A stretch of 64,000 nucleotides of DNA from Clostridia bacterium (GCA_017450945.1 JAFSSP010000031.1:27899-91898), one strand, 5' to 3'. Counted from the first letter of the stretch, positions 45,446 to 55,245 are shown. Numbers and translations are program-made. Notes: generated from the sequence alone by a model not told the origin.

Positions 45446-46150
45446 TCACTCCGCCGCCTCTAAAGCGACGACGACCATATCCGCGAGCGACTCATGGCGC
45501 TCTTTGGAGGTCAGTTCGACTTCGGGGTGGGCGAGCTGGTTGCTGATGGAAGTGATGCAGAGGGCGCGTCTGCCGAGTCTGGCGGCGTTGCAATAGAGCG
45601 ATCCCGCTTCCATCTCGACGGCAAGCACGCCCATCTTTGCCCATTCGAGGCCCGACTGTGCGTCGTCGTAGTAGAGATCGGAAGAGAGGACGTTACCGAC
45701 TGCATAGGAAAATTTTTTCTTTTTGCAGATCGAAACCGCCTTTTGCAAAAGCTCAAAATCGGCCAGGGGGCAAAAAGTCCCGGGCAGGCGGTACTGCAAT
45801 GCGTAGTTTCCGTCGGTGCAGGCTCCCTGCGCGATCACAAGGTCGCGAAGCTGGAGGCTGGAATCAATCGCGCCGCTGGTACCGACGCGGATGATGGTCT
45901 CCACGTCGAAAAATTTGAAAAGCTCGTAGGAATAAATGCCCATGGAGGGTTGTCCCATGCCCGAGGCCATGACCGACACGCGCTTCCCTTGATAAAACCC
46001 GGTAAATCCGAGCGCGCCGCGAATGTCGTTGAAGAGATGCGCGTCGGTAAGGAATTCTTTTGTGATCCATTCCGCGCGTTTGGGATCTCCCGGCATAAGA
46101 ACGGTTTTTGCAATATCGCCTTTTTCGGCTCCGATATGAGGAGTTGCCAT
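45446..46150 (-). CDS. deoD: Purine nucleoside phosphorylase, DeoD-type
   Basis: MATPHIGAEKGDIAKTVLMPGDPKRA, SGMGQPSMGIY and VEMEA motifs. Confidence 0.9.
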   Translation of the reverse strand: MATPHIGAEKGDIAKTVLMPGDPKRAEWITKEFLTDAHLFNDIRGALGFTGFYQGKRVSVMASGMGQPSMGIYSYELFKFFDVETIIRVGTSGAIDSSLQLRDLVIAQGACTDGNYALQYRLPGTFCPLADFELLQKAVSICKKKKFSYAVGNVLSSDLYYDDAQSGLEWAKMGVLAVEMEAGSLYCNAARLGRRALCITSISNQLAHPEVELTSKERHESLADMVVVALEAAE

Positions 46151-46152
46151 AC

Positions 46153-46824
46153 TTACTTTTTCTCCTGTTCTTTTGCAAGTTTGACGAGTCGGCTGGTGCC
46201 GAGTCGCTCGGCTCCCGCCTCAACAAGCGCTTTTGCGTCTTCAAAACTCGAAATACCGCCGGCGGCCTTGACCTTAACGCCCTCGCCCACGTTCTCGCGC
46301 AAAAGCCTTACGTCGTGGACGGTCGCCCCGCCTGTTGAAAAGCCGGTTGAGGTTTTGATGAAATCGGCTCCCGCCTCGGTAACGATGCGGCAGGCGCGGA
46401 TCTTTTCCTCGTCGGAGAGCAGGCAGGTCTCAATGATGACCTTGAGGATCTTCCCTGCCGAGGCTTCGCGGACTTGTCTCACTTCGTCGAGCACATAGTC
46501 GTCGTTCCCGGCGAGAAGCTCGCCCACATGGATCACCATATCCACTTCGTCGGCGCCGTCCTCGATGGCCTGTTTGGTCTCAAACACCTTGGTCTCGGTG
46601 GAGTTGTAGCCGTTCGGAAAGCCGATCACGGTGCAGATTTTCAGCGCGTCGCCCACATAGGTTTTGGCAAGCCGCACAAAGCAGGGCGGGATGCAAACCG
46701 AGGCCACGCCATATTCGATGCCTTCATCGCAAAGGGCTTGGATCTTTTCCCAGGTTGCGGTGGTGGAAAGCAGGGTGTGATCGCAGATATGCAGATAGGA
46801 TAAACAACTGTCAGGGGGTTCCAT
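46153..46824 (-). CDS. deoC: Deoxyribose-phosphate aldolase
   Basis: FIKTSTGF Schiff-base Lys region and KAAGGI. Start MEPPDS at 46824, preceded by AAGGAGAA. Confidence 0.9.
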   Translation of the reverse strand: MEPPDSCLSYLHICDHTLLSTTATWEKIQALCDEGIEYGVASVCIPPCFVRLAKTYVGDALKICTVIGFPNGYNSTETKVFETKQAIEDGADEVDMVIHVGELLAGNDDYVLDEVRQVREASAGKILKVIIETCLLSDEEKIRACRIVTEAGADFIKTSTGFSTGGATVHDVRLLRENVGEGVKVKAAGGISSFEDAKALVEAGAERLGTSRLVKLAKEQEKK

Positions 46825-46871
46825 AAAATTCTCCTTTTTTGTGATATTTTTATTATAGCGAAAAGACAGGG

Positions 46872-46917
46872 CTCTTGTCAAGAGGCGCTTGACTTTGATA
46901 TGCTATTTTGTTATAAT
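46872..46917. promoter_or_regulatory. deoC/nth divergent promoter region
   Basis: nth promoter: TTGACT 46889-46894, 17 nt, TATAAT 46912-46917. A 13-bp palindrome CTCTTGTCAAGAG (46872-46884) carries the minus-strand TTGACA for deoC. Confidence 0.5.
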
Positions 46918-46942
46918 AATATCAGAAACGGAGGGAAGACCG

Positions 46943-47596
46943 TTGAAACTGACAAAAAAACAGGAAAAAATGCGAGCAGTCGCCGACAGGCTTGCCGCGG
47001 TCTATCCCGACGCGGCCTGCGCGCTCAAGTGGGACGACGACCCATGGAAGCTGCTGATCATGGGCTGTCTCTCGGCACAATGCACCGACGCCCGGGTCAA
47101 TCTGACCGCAAAGGAACTGTTTTCTCTTTACCCGACGCCGGGTGATATGGCAGACGCCGATCTTGCAGAGCTTGAAGCGATCCTTCGTCCCTGCGGACTC
47201 TTTCGCACCAAGGCAAAGAACGCAAAAGAAAGCAGCCGTATGCTCGTCGAAACTTTTGACGGTCGTCTGCCCGACAACATGGAAGAGCTTTTGACCCTTC
47301 CCGGCGTGGGCAGAAAGGTGGCAAACCTCTGCCTTGGCGACGTCTATCACACCGGCTCCTTTGTGACCGACACCCATTGCATCCGCATTTGCGGCAGGCT
47401 CGGGTTTTATCCCGAGAGCGAAAAGAACCCGGCAAAGATCGAGCGGCTTCTCGATCCGCTCCTGCCGCGAGCCGAGCAGAGCGATTTTTGCCACCGCATT
47501 GTGAATTTCGGCAGAGATACCTGCCAGGCAAGAGCGCCGAAGTGCGATATTTGCCCGCTCGCGGATCTTTGCGAGCATCGAAAAAAGAACTCATAG
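46943..47596 (+). CDS. nth: Endonuclease III
   Basis: HhH-GPD motif (LPGVGRKVANL) and a C-terminal 4Fe-4S loop CX6CX2CX5C. TTG start at 46943 after GGAGGGAAG. The ORF-track start at 46889 coincides with the -35 box. Confidence 0.88.
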   Translation: MKLTKKQEKMRAVADRLAAVYPDAACALKWDDDPWKLLIMGCLSAQCTDARVNLTAKELFSLYPTPGDMADADLAELEAILRPCGLFRTKAKNAKESSRMLVETFDGRLPDNMEELLTLPGVGRKVANLCLGDVYHTGSFVTDTHCIRICGRLGFYPESEKNPAKIERLLDPLLPRAEQSDFCHRIVNFGRDTCQARAPKCDICPLADLCEHRKKNS

Positions 47597-47609
47597 TAAG
47601 GAGAACATC

Positions 47610-49211
47610 ATGAGAAACAGAATTTTCTTTTCTGCCGTTTTGTTTTTGCTCGCCTTTTGTTTGATCTTTTCTTCCTGCGCGAAAAAAGACGAGCCGCAGA
47701 AAGCGCCCGATGATCAAAAGACGGAAGAACCGGCAAACACAACCGAGGAACCGGCAAGCACCGGTCTTGCATTTGTCCCATACGGCAACGGCACCTGCTA
47801 TCTCTATGGGCTTGGAACCTGCACCGATGTGGAGATCGTTGTTCCCGCGATTTCTCCTTTGGGCGACCGGGTGGTTGCGATCGGTGACGGCCTTATGGAA
47901 GACGAGGAGAGTTGCAGCGGATTTTTCGGCTGTAACGAGATCAAAAGCGTTGTGGTCCCGGAAGGCGTTACCAGCATCGGCGAGGGCGCGTTTGTCGGCT
48001 GTACCTCCATGGAAAGAATTGAGCTTCCGAACAGCCTGACAAAAATCGGAGATTGCGCGTTTTACGGTTGCACCCTCCTCACAGAGATCGTAATCCCGGA
48101 CAATGTTACCACGGTCGGCGTGCTGGCATTTGACAGCTGCACCTCTATGAGGAGCGCTTCGCTCTCAAAAAAAATGACAAGCATTGCGGCCGGCATGTTT
48201 CAGCGTTGCAACATGCTAAGGAACGTCACGATCCCCGAAAGCGTGAAAACCATTGAACAGTACGCCTTTGCAGGCTGCAATTATTTGGAGAGTATCGACA
48301 TTCCCGACTCGGTTACAAGCATCGAGCAATATGCCTTTGCAAACTGTGCCTCCCTTGAGAGCATTGTGATTCCGGACAGCATTACCTCTCTGGAAACCTA
48401 TACGTTTGCAAGCTGCAGCTTTTTGTCCGGCATTACACTTCCGAAGACGCTTACCAGTATCGGCGAGAAAGTTTTTGCCGACTGTGATTCTCTCACTGAG
48501 ATGACCTATCTGGGTACCGTTGACGAATGGAATAAAATCACCAAGGCCGAAAAATGGGATGCGGCCACCGAAAAGTATCTCGTCCACTGCCTGGACGGAG
48601 ATTATGAAAAGCCTCTGGTCGAGGTGATCGTGCCTGTGGCAGACGGTCTTTACACGCCTGTCAACAAAAGCTCGGATTACGTCAAGCTGAACGTCAGCTT
48701 TACCGATGCAAACGGAGACGCCCGCACGGGCGATATTGTGATTCAGCTTTGTCCCGATTGCGCGCCGCTGACCGTGGCGAACTTCAAAAATCTGGTGTCC
48801 GAGGGCTATTATGACGGCACCGACTTCTTCCGCATCATCGAAGGATGCATGATCCAGGGCGGAGAGAACGAAGGGATGGAAGCCGACTACATCAAAGGCG
48901 AATTTGAAGCAAACGGCGTGGAAAATCCGCTCTCGCACGTCAGAGGCACCATTTCCATGGCGCGCAGAGCCGTGGATTATGACGGCGTTTCCGCATACGA
49001 TTCGGCGTCGGCCGGATTCTTCATTATGCAAGAGGATTACACCGCCTGGGACGGTCAGTACGCCGCATTCGGAACGGTGGTGTTCGGCATAGAGAACGTC
49101 GATCACATCGCCACGACCGACCTCGCTTATTCTTATGTCTATCAAGCCACCGTCACTCCGAAGCACCCGGTCACGATCAATTCGATCACCTTCGTAGCGC
49201 CGGTGAAGTAA
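47610..49211 (+). CDS. Lipoprotein: BspA-type leucine-rich repeats fused to a cyclophilin-type peptidyl-prolyl isomerase
   Basis: Lipobox IFSSCAKK, about 10 LRR_5-like units (IPDSVTSIExYAFxxC) with the cap YLVHCLDGD, then a cyclophilin core (LTVANFKNLV...FFRII..MIQGG...ISMAR...FFI...GQYAAFG). Confidence 0.8.
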   Translation: MRNRIFFSAVLFLLAFCLIFSSCAKKDEPQKAPDDQKTEEPANTTEEPASTGLAFVPYGNGTCYLYGLGTCTDVEIVVPAISPLGDRVVAIGDGLMEDEESCSGFFGCNEIKSVVVPEGVTSIGEGAFVGCTSMERIELPNSLTKIGDCAFYGCTLLTEIVIPDNVTTVGVLAFDSCTSMRSASLSKKMTSIAAGMFQRCNMLRNVTIPESVKTIEQYAFAGCNYLESIDIPDSVTSIEQYAFANCASLESIVIPDSITSLETYTFASCSFLSGITLPKTLTSIGEKVFADCDSLTEMTYLGTVDEWNKITKAEKWDAATEKYLVHCLDGDYEKPLVEVIVPVADGLYTPVNKSSDYVKLNVSFTDANGDARTGDIVIQLCPDCAPLTVANFKNLVSEGYYDGTDFFRIIEGCMIQGGENEGMEADYIKGEFEANGVENPLSHVRGTISMARRAVDYDGVSAYDSASAGFFIMQEDYTAWDGQYAAFGTVVFGIENVDHIATTDLAYSYVYQATVTPKHPVTINSITFVAPVK

Positions 49212-49277
49212 AGTCGCAATCTGTTTTTTTACTCACCCGCACTTCAGCACTGAAAAAGCATTCACAAGGAGGTATTT

Positions 49278-50204
49278 ATGAAAAAACGGTTGTTTGTTTT
49301 CGGTGTTCTGATCTTTGCCGTCTGCCTGCTTTTCTCCTCCTGCGGCCAGCCGTCCTCCAAAACCGGTCATACCCATGTTTTCATCACCGATGCCTCCGCG
49401 TTCGTTTCTCCCACCTGCACAACAGACGGACAACTCGCCTTTGTCTGCAAGGAATGCGGGCAAACCAAAACCGAGCGGATCGACGCGACGGGGCACGATT
49501 ATAATGGCGTTGTCACGGAACCCACCTACACCCGGGAGGGCTATACGACCTATACCTGCTCCCGCTGTGGGGATTCCTATATTGCCGACCGCGTACCAAA
49601 GCTGGAGCAAACCGAAATCATGGTTCCTGTGGTCGAGGGGCAATATATTCCCGCCACCAGCATTTCGGATTACGTCAAAATGACCTTCAGCTTTACCGAT
49701 GCAAACGGAGAAACACGCACCGGGGATATCGTGATTTTGCTGAGACCCGACTGTGCACCGCTGACCGTGGCAAACTTCAAAAAGCTGATTTTTTCCGGCT
49801 ATTATAACGGCACCGAGATCTTTCGCGTCGTCAACAACCGGTTTATTCAGGGCGGCGAACGCGAGGATGAGGAGGCCGATTACATCAAAGGCGAATTTGA
49901 AGCAAACGGCGTGGAAAATCCGCTCTCGCACGTCAGAGGTACCATCTCGATGTCGCGCCATACCAGCCTTTACAACGGGATTCCCGCTTATGATACGGCG
50001 TCTTCCTGCTTTTTCATCATGCAAAAGGATTACACCGACTGGGACGGTAAGTACGCCGCATTCGGAACAGTGGTGTTCGGCATTGAAATCATCGATCTGA
50101 TTGCAGATCAGGAGCTTATCTATTCTGAACGCTACGAGGATGTCGTCTATCCCAAAAACCCGGTTCTCATCAGCAGCGTTTCCTTTGTAAAGCCGGTCAA
50201 TTAG
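49278..50204 (+). CDS. Lipoprotein: Cys-rich repeat module fused to a cyclophilin-type peptidyl-prolyl isomerase
   Basis: Lipobox LFSSCGQP, two GH...C(T)...CxxCG repeats, then a cyclophilin core paralogous to the upstream gene. Confidence 0.8.
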   Translation: MKKRLFVFGVLIFAVCLLFSSCGQPSSKTGHTHVFITDASAFVSPTCTTDGQLAFVCKECGQTKTERIDATGHDYNGVVTEPTYTREGYTTYTCSRCGDSYIADRVPKLEQTEIMVPVVEGQYIPATSISDYVKMTFSFTDANGETRTGDIVILLRPDCAPLTVANFKKLIFSGYYNGTEIFRVVNNRFIQGGEREDEEADYIKGEFEANGVENPLSHVRGTISMSRHTSLYNGIPAYDTASSCFFIMQKDYTDWDGKYAAFGTVVFGIEIIDLIADQELIYSERYEDVVYPKNPVLISSVSFVKPVN

Positions 50205-50223
50205 TTTTTTTCCAAAAAAGAAA

Positions 50224-50262
50224 AAGCGTTTTGCCAAATCTGCGGCAAAGCGCTTTTTCTTT
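50224..50262 (+). terminator. Rho-independent terminator
   Basis: AAGCGTTTTGCC / GGCAAAGCGCTT stem followed by TTTTCTTTTT. Confidence 0.7.
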
Positions 50263-50286
50263 TTATTCAAAGCTTTTGAAAGAGGT

Positions 50287-50320
50287 GCGGAGGAAACCTT
50301 TCTCGAAAAGTTTCCTCCGC
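50287..50320 (-). repeat. Solo copy of the conserved terminator-like hairpin (after potD)
   Basis: GCGGAGGAAACCTTTC..GAAAAGTTTCCTCCGC, 17 nt after the potD stop, with the conserved tail ACCTCTTTCAAAAGC on the minus strand. Confidence 0.7.
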
Positions 50321-50337
50321 AATTCTCTTTTGAAAAC

Positions 50338-51606
50338 TCAATCGTACAGTTTTTCCCACTTGCGTTTGCGAACGAAGAGGAAGACGGCAAGCGTCACGAG
50401 GCCTGCGAGAATAATTCCGCAGATCACGTAGATGCCGGTGCCGACGCTGCTCTCGACCTTGAGTTCTTCCCAGAGGGCATTGATCCGTTCCAGCCCTTCG
50501 GGCGAGAGGTTGAGGTAAGCCTCGGTTTTGACCGATTTTGCAGTATCGCCGTAAAGGATGTCCATGGCGTCCTCGTGAACTTCTTCCATGGCCTCCACGT
50601 ATTCTTCCAGTGCGTCGGCATATTCCCCGTCCTCTTCGATATAATCGAGATCGAGCGGAGAAGCATAGTAGGTGTATGCCGCATTGGAGAGCGCCACGTC
50701 GGGACGGCACATGAAGTTGATGTACTCATGCGCCAGGTCCTTGTGCTGGGCGTTTGCCGGAATGCACATGCAGTCGATATAGCTGTTGGTGCCCTCGACC
50801 GGATAGTAGAAAGCGAGCGAATCGTTATCCTCGTACATGGTGAAGAAGTCACCTGCATAGTAAGCCGAGATGGCCGCCGAGCCGCTCTTCATCTTGTTGA
50901 AGATCTCGTCCATAACATAGCTTTGAACCAGAGCTTTTTGCTCTTTGAGAAGCTCCAGCGCTTCCAGCCACTGCTCGTCGGTCGCGTCGTTGACGCTGTA
51001 GCCGAGCTTGTAGAGCGCGGTACCGAAGGCGTCGCGGCTGTTGTTAAATTGCAGGATGTCCCCGGCGTAGGTTTCGTTCCACATCAGATCCCAGCTCTCT
51101 TCCCCGGCATCCTCTTCCGAGACAATGTCGGTGTTGTAGATCACGCCGACCATGCCGTAGAAATACGGAATCGAATACTGCTCCTCGGTGCCGCATTCGT
51201 AGTAGATGTTCTCGCCTTTGAAGTCGTCCGAGATGAAGCGGTAGTTCGGGATCTTTTCGAGATCAAGCGGAATCAGGAGCTTTTCCTCGACCATACGCTC
51301 GATGGTATAGTCGGATGGGATGAGCACGTCGTAGGTGACCGCACCACTGCTGACCTTGGCATACATTTCCTCGTTGCTCGAGAAGGTGGAATAGTTCACC
51401 TTGACATTGAGCCCAAGCTCTTCGCGGCAGTAGGCCTCGAACTCGGCGTTGGTATCAAAGGAATCCTCCGAGCCGTCCGAAATGTATTCGCCCCAGTTGT
51501 AAACGTAAAGGGTGATCCTCTCCCCCGCGCCTTCCGCCCCTGCAAAACAGGTTGCAAAACTGGCAAACAAGAGAAGAAAAGCGAAAAACAAACAAAGTTT
51601 TTTCAT
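50338..51606 (-). CDS. potD: Spermidine/putrescine ABC transporter substrate-binding protein with extra C-terminal TM anchor
   Basis: Signal peptide, PotD-like body (YVYNWGEYI, IPSDY) and a terminal GIYVICGIILAGLVTLAVFLFVRKRKW. Confidence 0.85.
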   Translation of the reverse strand: MKKLCLFFAFLLLFASFATCFAGAEGAGERITLYVYNWGEYISDGSEDSFDTNAEFEAYCREELGLNVKVNYSTFSSNEEMYAKVSSGAVTYDVLIPSDYTIERMVEEKLLIPLDLEKIPNYRFISDDFKGENIYYECGTEEQYSIPYFYGMVGVIYNTDIVSEEDAGEESWDLMWNETYAGDILQFNNSRDAFGTALYKLGYSVNDATDEQWLEALELLKEQKALVQSYVMDEIFNKMKSGSAAISAYYAGDFFTMYEDNDSLAFYYPVEGTNSYIDCMCIPANAQHKDLAHEYINFMCRPDVALSNAAYTYYASPLDLDYIEEDGEYADALEEYVEAMEEVHEDAMDILYGDTAKSVKTEAYLNLSPEGLERINALWEELKVESSVGTGIYVICGIILAGLVTLAVFLFVRKRKWEKLYD

Positions 51607-52418
51607 TTTGCCACCCCTTTCTTTCTCTTGCGGCGTTCGTCGGAAGAGCCAAAGAGGTTGACCGAGATGAGAAGCACAAGGATGACCACGATCATGAGCG
51701 TGCAGAGCGCATACATGCTGAACTTGACCTCGTGCGCGGTCTGGTTGTAAATGTAGAGCGGCAGAGTCTTGAAGTCGGGCGAGCTGACAAAGTGGCTGAT
51801 GACAAAGTCGTCGAGCGAAAGCGTGAAGCTCATCATAAGACCCGAAACAATGCCCGGCATCACGGCCGGAAGCTCGACCTTAAAGAAGGTCTGCGTCGGT
51901 GTGCATCCGAGATCGAGCGCGGCCTCCGAGAGCGACTTGTCCATCTGACGGAACTTGGGTAATACCGAAAGAATGACATAGGGCAAATTGAAGGTCACGT
52001 GCGCGAGGAGCATCGTCCAAAAACCGAGCGCGTTGGTCAACTTCAGGATGCCGGCAACGCCGACAAAGAGAAGCATCATCGAAACGCCGGTAACGATATC
52101 CGGATTCATCATCGGGATATTGGAGACCGATTCCACGGCCGCGCGGTAGTACTTGTTCTTTGCGCGGAAGATACAGAAAGCGGCAAGCGTGCCGAGAACA
52201 GTTGCTACGACCGAAGAGGCCGCGGCAAGAATGAGCGAATTTTTCAGCGCGTCGAGCGCGTAGCCGTCGCGGAAGAGTTCCCGGTACCATTTGAGAGAAA
52301 AGCCGGTGAACTGGCTCAGACTGCCCAACTGATTGAAGGAGAAGAGAATGACCACGATAATCGGCGCGTAGAGAATGAGGAACACGAGCGCCATGTAGCA
52401 TTTTGAAAGCACTTTCAT
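51603..52418 (-). CDS. potC: Spermidine/putrescine ABC transporter permease
   Basis: 6-TM BPD_transp_1 permease with an EAA loop (SEAALDLGCTPTQTFFKVELP). Confidence 0.85.
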   Translation of the reverse strand: MKVLSKCYMALVFLILYAPIIVVILFSFNQLGSLSQFTGFSLKWYRELFRDGYALDALKNSLILAAASSVVATVLGTLAAFCIFRAKNKYYRAAVESVSNIPMMNPDIVTGVSMMLLFVGVAGILKLTNALGFWTMLLAHVTFNLPYVILSVLPKFRQMDKSLSEAALDLGCTPTQTFFKVELPAVMPGIVSGLMMSFTLSLDDFVISHFVSSPDFKTLPLYIYNQTAHEVKFSMYALCTLMIVVILVLLISVNLFGSSDERRKRKKGVAK

Positions 52419-53233
52419 ACGATGATCTCCTCCTTATCCGCAAAGCGATTCATGACGAAGAGAGACAGGAGAATGAGGATCATCATCACAAGCGAGATCG
52501 CGGCGCCGGTGTGATAGGTCACCGCGTTCTGGAACTGGCGTTCGATGGTATCACCGATGAGGTCAAACGAACCGCCGCCGAGCTTTTGCGAGATGTAGAA
52601 GGTGCTGATCGAGGGCACGAACACCATCGTTACGCCCGAGACCACGCCGGGCATGGTAAGCGGCAGAATCACGCGGAAAAGCGTTTTGGGGCCGTTGCAG
52701 CCGAGATCCTGCGCGGCCTCGGCATAGCGAACGTCAAGCTTGACAAGACTTGTGTAGATCGGGAGCACCATGTAGGGCAAAAAATCATAGATCATACCGA
52801 GGATCACCGCGCCCTCGGTGCCGATGAAGGTCAGCTTGGGTAGCCCCATTTTGACAAGGAGACTGCTCACAAGTCCTCCGTTGTCAAGGAGCGCCATGAG
52901 CGAGTAGGTGCGGATCAAAAGGCTGATCCACATGGGGAGCATGAGGAGAACGAGCAGGATGTTTCTCGCCTTTTTCGAGGCTTTTGCCATGCAGTAGGCA
53001 AGCGGGTAGCCGATGAGCAGGCAAATCACCGTTGCGATGAGCGAAAAGCTCAGCGACATGACAAAGGTGCCCGAATAGGAAGAAAGCGAGGTGATGTTTT
53101 CAAAGGTAAAGCCGCCGTTTCGGTCGGTGAACGCGAAATAGATCACGAACAGCATCGGCGCGACGATAAACAGGATCATCCAAAGGAGATAGGGCGCGTC
53201 GGCGACTCGACTCAAAAAGGACTTCTTTTTCAT
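52415..53233 (-). CDS. potB: Spermidine/putrescine ABC transporter permease
   Basis: 6-TM permease with an EAA loop ([20 protein letters not shown]). Confidence 0.85.
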   Translation of the reverse strand: MKKKSFLSRVADAPYLLWMILFIVAPMLFVIYFAFTDRNGGFTFENITSLSSYSGTFVMSLSFSLIATVICLLIGYPLAYCMAKASKKARNILLVLLMLPMWISLLIRTYSLMALLDNGGLVSSLLVKMGLPKLTFIGTEGAVILGMIYDFLPYMVLPIYTSLVKLDVRYAEAAQDLGCNGPKTLFRVILPLTMPGVVSGVTMVFVPSISTFYISQKLGGGSFDLIGDTIERQFQNAVTYHTGAAISLVMMILILLSLFVMNRFADKEEIIV

Positions 53234-54357
53234 TCTGCTTCGACTTCCTCCGTGGCGTCCGAAAGTTTGTCGAGCTCGTCGCTGAAGGAGGAATAATCCC
53301 CGAACAGCCCCGAGTATTCGGACTTTTTCATCACGTGGATGGCGTCGGGATCGATCGAAAGCCCGATCGTCTCACCTTCGCCCACAAAGTCGGAGGTCTC
53401 AAGCATCCACTTGAAGCCTTTGACGTCGACGATGATTTCATAATAGTCGCCCTTGAAGGTCACGCCGGTCACAAGACCGACGAGCATCCCGGCTTCGGGC
53501 TTTACCACGTCCACGTCCTCGGGACGGATGACAACGTCCACAGGCTCGTTTTTGTCAAACCCGCCGTCGACGCAAACAAAGGTTTGCCCTGCAAACTTGA
53601 CCTTGACATCCTCCGGCATCACGCCGTCGAGGATGTTGGATTCGCCGATGAAGTCGGCAACAAAGGCGTTGACAGGCTCGTTGTAAATATCGGTTGGCGT
53701 GCCGATCTGCTGGATCTTGCCCTTGGACATGACCACAACGGTATCCGACATCGAAAGCGCCTCTTCCTGATCGTGCGTGACAAAAATGAAGGTGATGCCG
53801 GTCTTGTGCTGAATGTTTTTCAGTTCGACCTGCATATCCTTGCGAAGTTTGTAATCGAGCGCGGCCAAAGGCTCGTCCAAAAGCAAAACCTTCGGGCGGT
53901 TGACGAGTGCTCTCGCGATGGCAACGCGCTGTTGCTGGCCGCCCGAGAGCGTGTTCACTTTTCTGCGCTCAAAGCCCTTCAGGTTGACGAGCTCAAGCAT
54001 TTCTTTGACCTTTTCGCGGATCTCCGCGTCCGGCGTTTTGTTGACGCGAAGGCCAAAGGCAACGTTATCAAATACGTTCAGGTGAGGAAAGAGCGCGTAT
54101 CTCTGGAACACCGTGTTGACCTGTCTTTTGTAGGGGGGCAGATCGTTGATGCGCTTGTCTTCAAAATAGACGTCGCCCGCGTCGGGGGTTTCAAAACCGC
54201 CGATGATGCGCAGCGTCGTCGTCTTGCCGCATCCGGAGGGGCCAAGAAGCGTGATAAACTCCTTGTCGTGGATCGTAAGATCGATGTTGTCGAGGACGAC
54301 CTCTCCGTCATAGGACTTGGAAATTCCTCCAAGCCGGATCAGTACATTCTTGTTCAT
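53230..54357 (-). CDS. potA: Spermidine/putrescine ABC transporter ATP-binding protein
   Basis: Walker [10 protein letters not shown], signature [15 protein letters not shown] and a C-terminal TOBE-like domain. Start MNKNVLIRL at 54357. Confidence 0.9.
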   Translation of the reverse strand: MNKNVLIRLGGISKSYDGEVVLDNIDLTIHDKEFITLLGPSGCGKTTTLRIIGGFETPDAGDVYFEDKRINDLPPYKRQVNTVFQRYALFPHLNVFDNVAFGLRVNKTPDAEIREKVKEMLELVNLKGFERRKVNTLSGGQQQRVAIARALVNRPKVLLLDEPLAALDYKLRKDMQVELKNIQHKTGITFIFVTHDQEEALSMSDTVVVMSKGKIQQIGTPTDIYNEPVNAFVADFIGESNILDGVMPEDVKVKFAGQTFVCVDGGFDKNEPVDVVIRPEDVDVVKPEAGMLVGLVTGVTFKGDYYEIIVDVKGFKWMLETSDFVGEGETIGLSIDPDAIHVMKKSEYSGLFGDYSSFSDELDKLSDATEEVEAE

Positions 54358-54651
54358 TCCGCATAAATACTCCTTTAATTGAGAAATTAAAAAATATTCA
54401 AGGAACAAAACGGACGTTCGTCCGCCGCCGGGCCCGCCGCTTCCCCGCCTGCAAAAAAGCCGGAAAAGCCTTGCACTCGAACGCTCTGACCATGAAATAC
54501 GGGGGTATTATAACAGATAATAAAACAAAATGCAATAGTTTTACAAAAAAAGTCAAATTTTTTGATATTTCACAATTTTTCGGAAAGAGTCGCAGTCTTC
54601 TGAAATTAGCCTGCAAAAGCTCCCGTTTTCCTCGTTTTTTCTCTTTTTTTC

Positions 54652-55245
54652 TCAAAAAATCTCGTTTTTTTCGTCGAAAAGAAAGCGAAAAAACAGGCCT
54701 GCCGAAAAGAAGAAAAATCCAACCCCCTCCCCTGCCAAAAGGAAGAGGTAGGAGGACAGGGCAAAAAAGAAAAAGAGGCAGGCGCAAGAGCAAAAATAGA
54801 GCACCGTGCGGCTTTTTTCGGGATCAAGGAGGGTCGAAAGGAAACATTCGAGCATCCTACCGCCGTCAAACGAGCGGATGGGCGCAAGGTTGAGAAGCCC
54901 CAACAGGAGCGAAGCACAGGAAAAAGAGGCAAAAAAGGATCCCTTGTTCCAAAGGAGCGCCCCGAGAGCCGCGCCAAAAAGACTTGCCAGCGGCCCCGAG
55001 GCCGAGAGGAGCCATTCCTCGCCATAGGAGAGGAGCCGCCCCGCCGAGCGCAGGCGCATCCCAAAAAAGCCGACCGAGACTCCCGAGAGCGGGATTTTGA
55101 GAAGCAAAAAGGCCAACAGGTGCCCGCATTCGTGCAAAAGCGCCGCCATGAGCGTGGGCAAAAGATAGGGCGACGGATCCAACACAAAAAGCGACAAGAT
55201 CAATCCGGCCGCCAACAAAAGTTTCAAAATCCACACCCGTTTCAT
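54652..55245 (-). CDS. M50-family (site-2-protease-like) membrane metallopeptidase
   Basis: HExxH within a TM helix (LLHECGHLL) and the NLAPIRSFDGG second motif. Start MKRVWILK at 55245. Confidence 0.75.
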   Translation of the reverse strand: MKRVWILKLLLAAGLILSLFVLDPSPYLLPTLMAALLHECGHLLAFLLLKIPLSGVSVGFFGMRLRSAGRLLSYGEEWLLSASGPLASLFGAALGALLWNKGSFFASFSCASLLLGLLNLAPIRSFDGGRMLECFLSTLLDPEKSRTVLYFCSCACLFFFFALSSYLFLLAGEGVGFFFFSAGLFFRFLFDEKNEIF

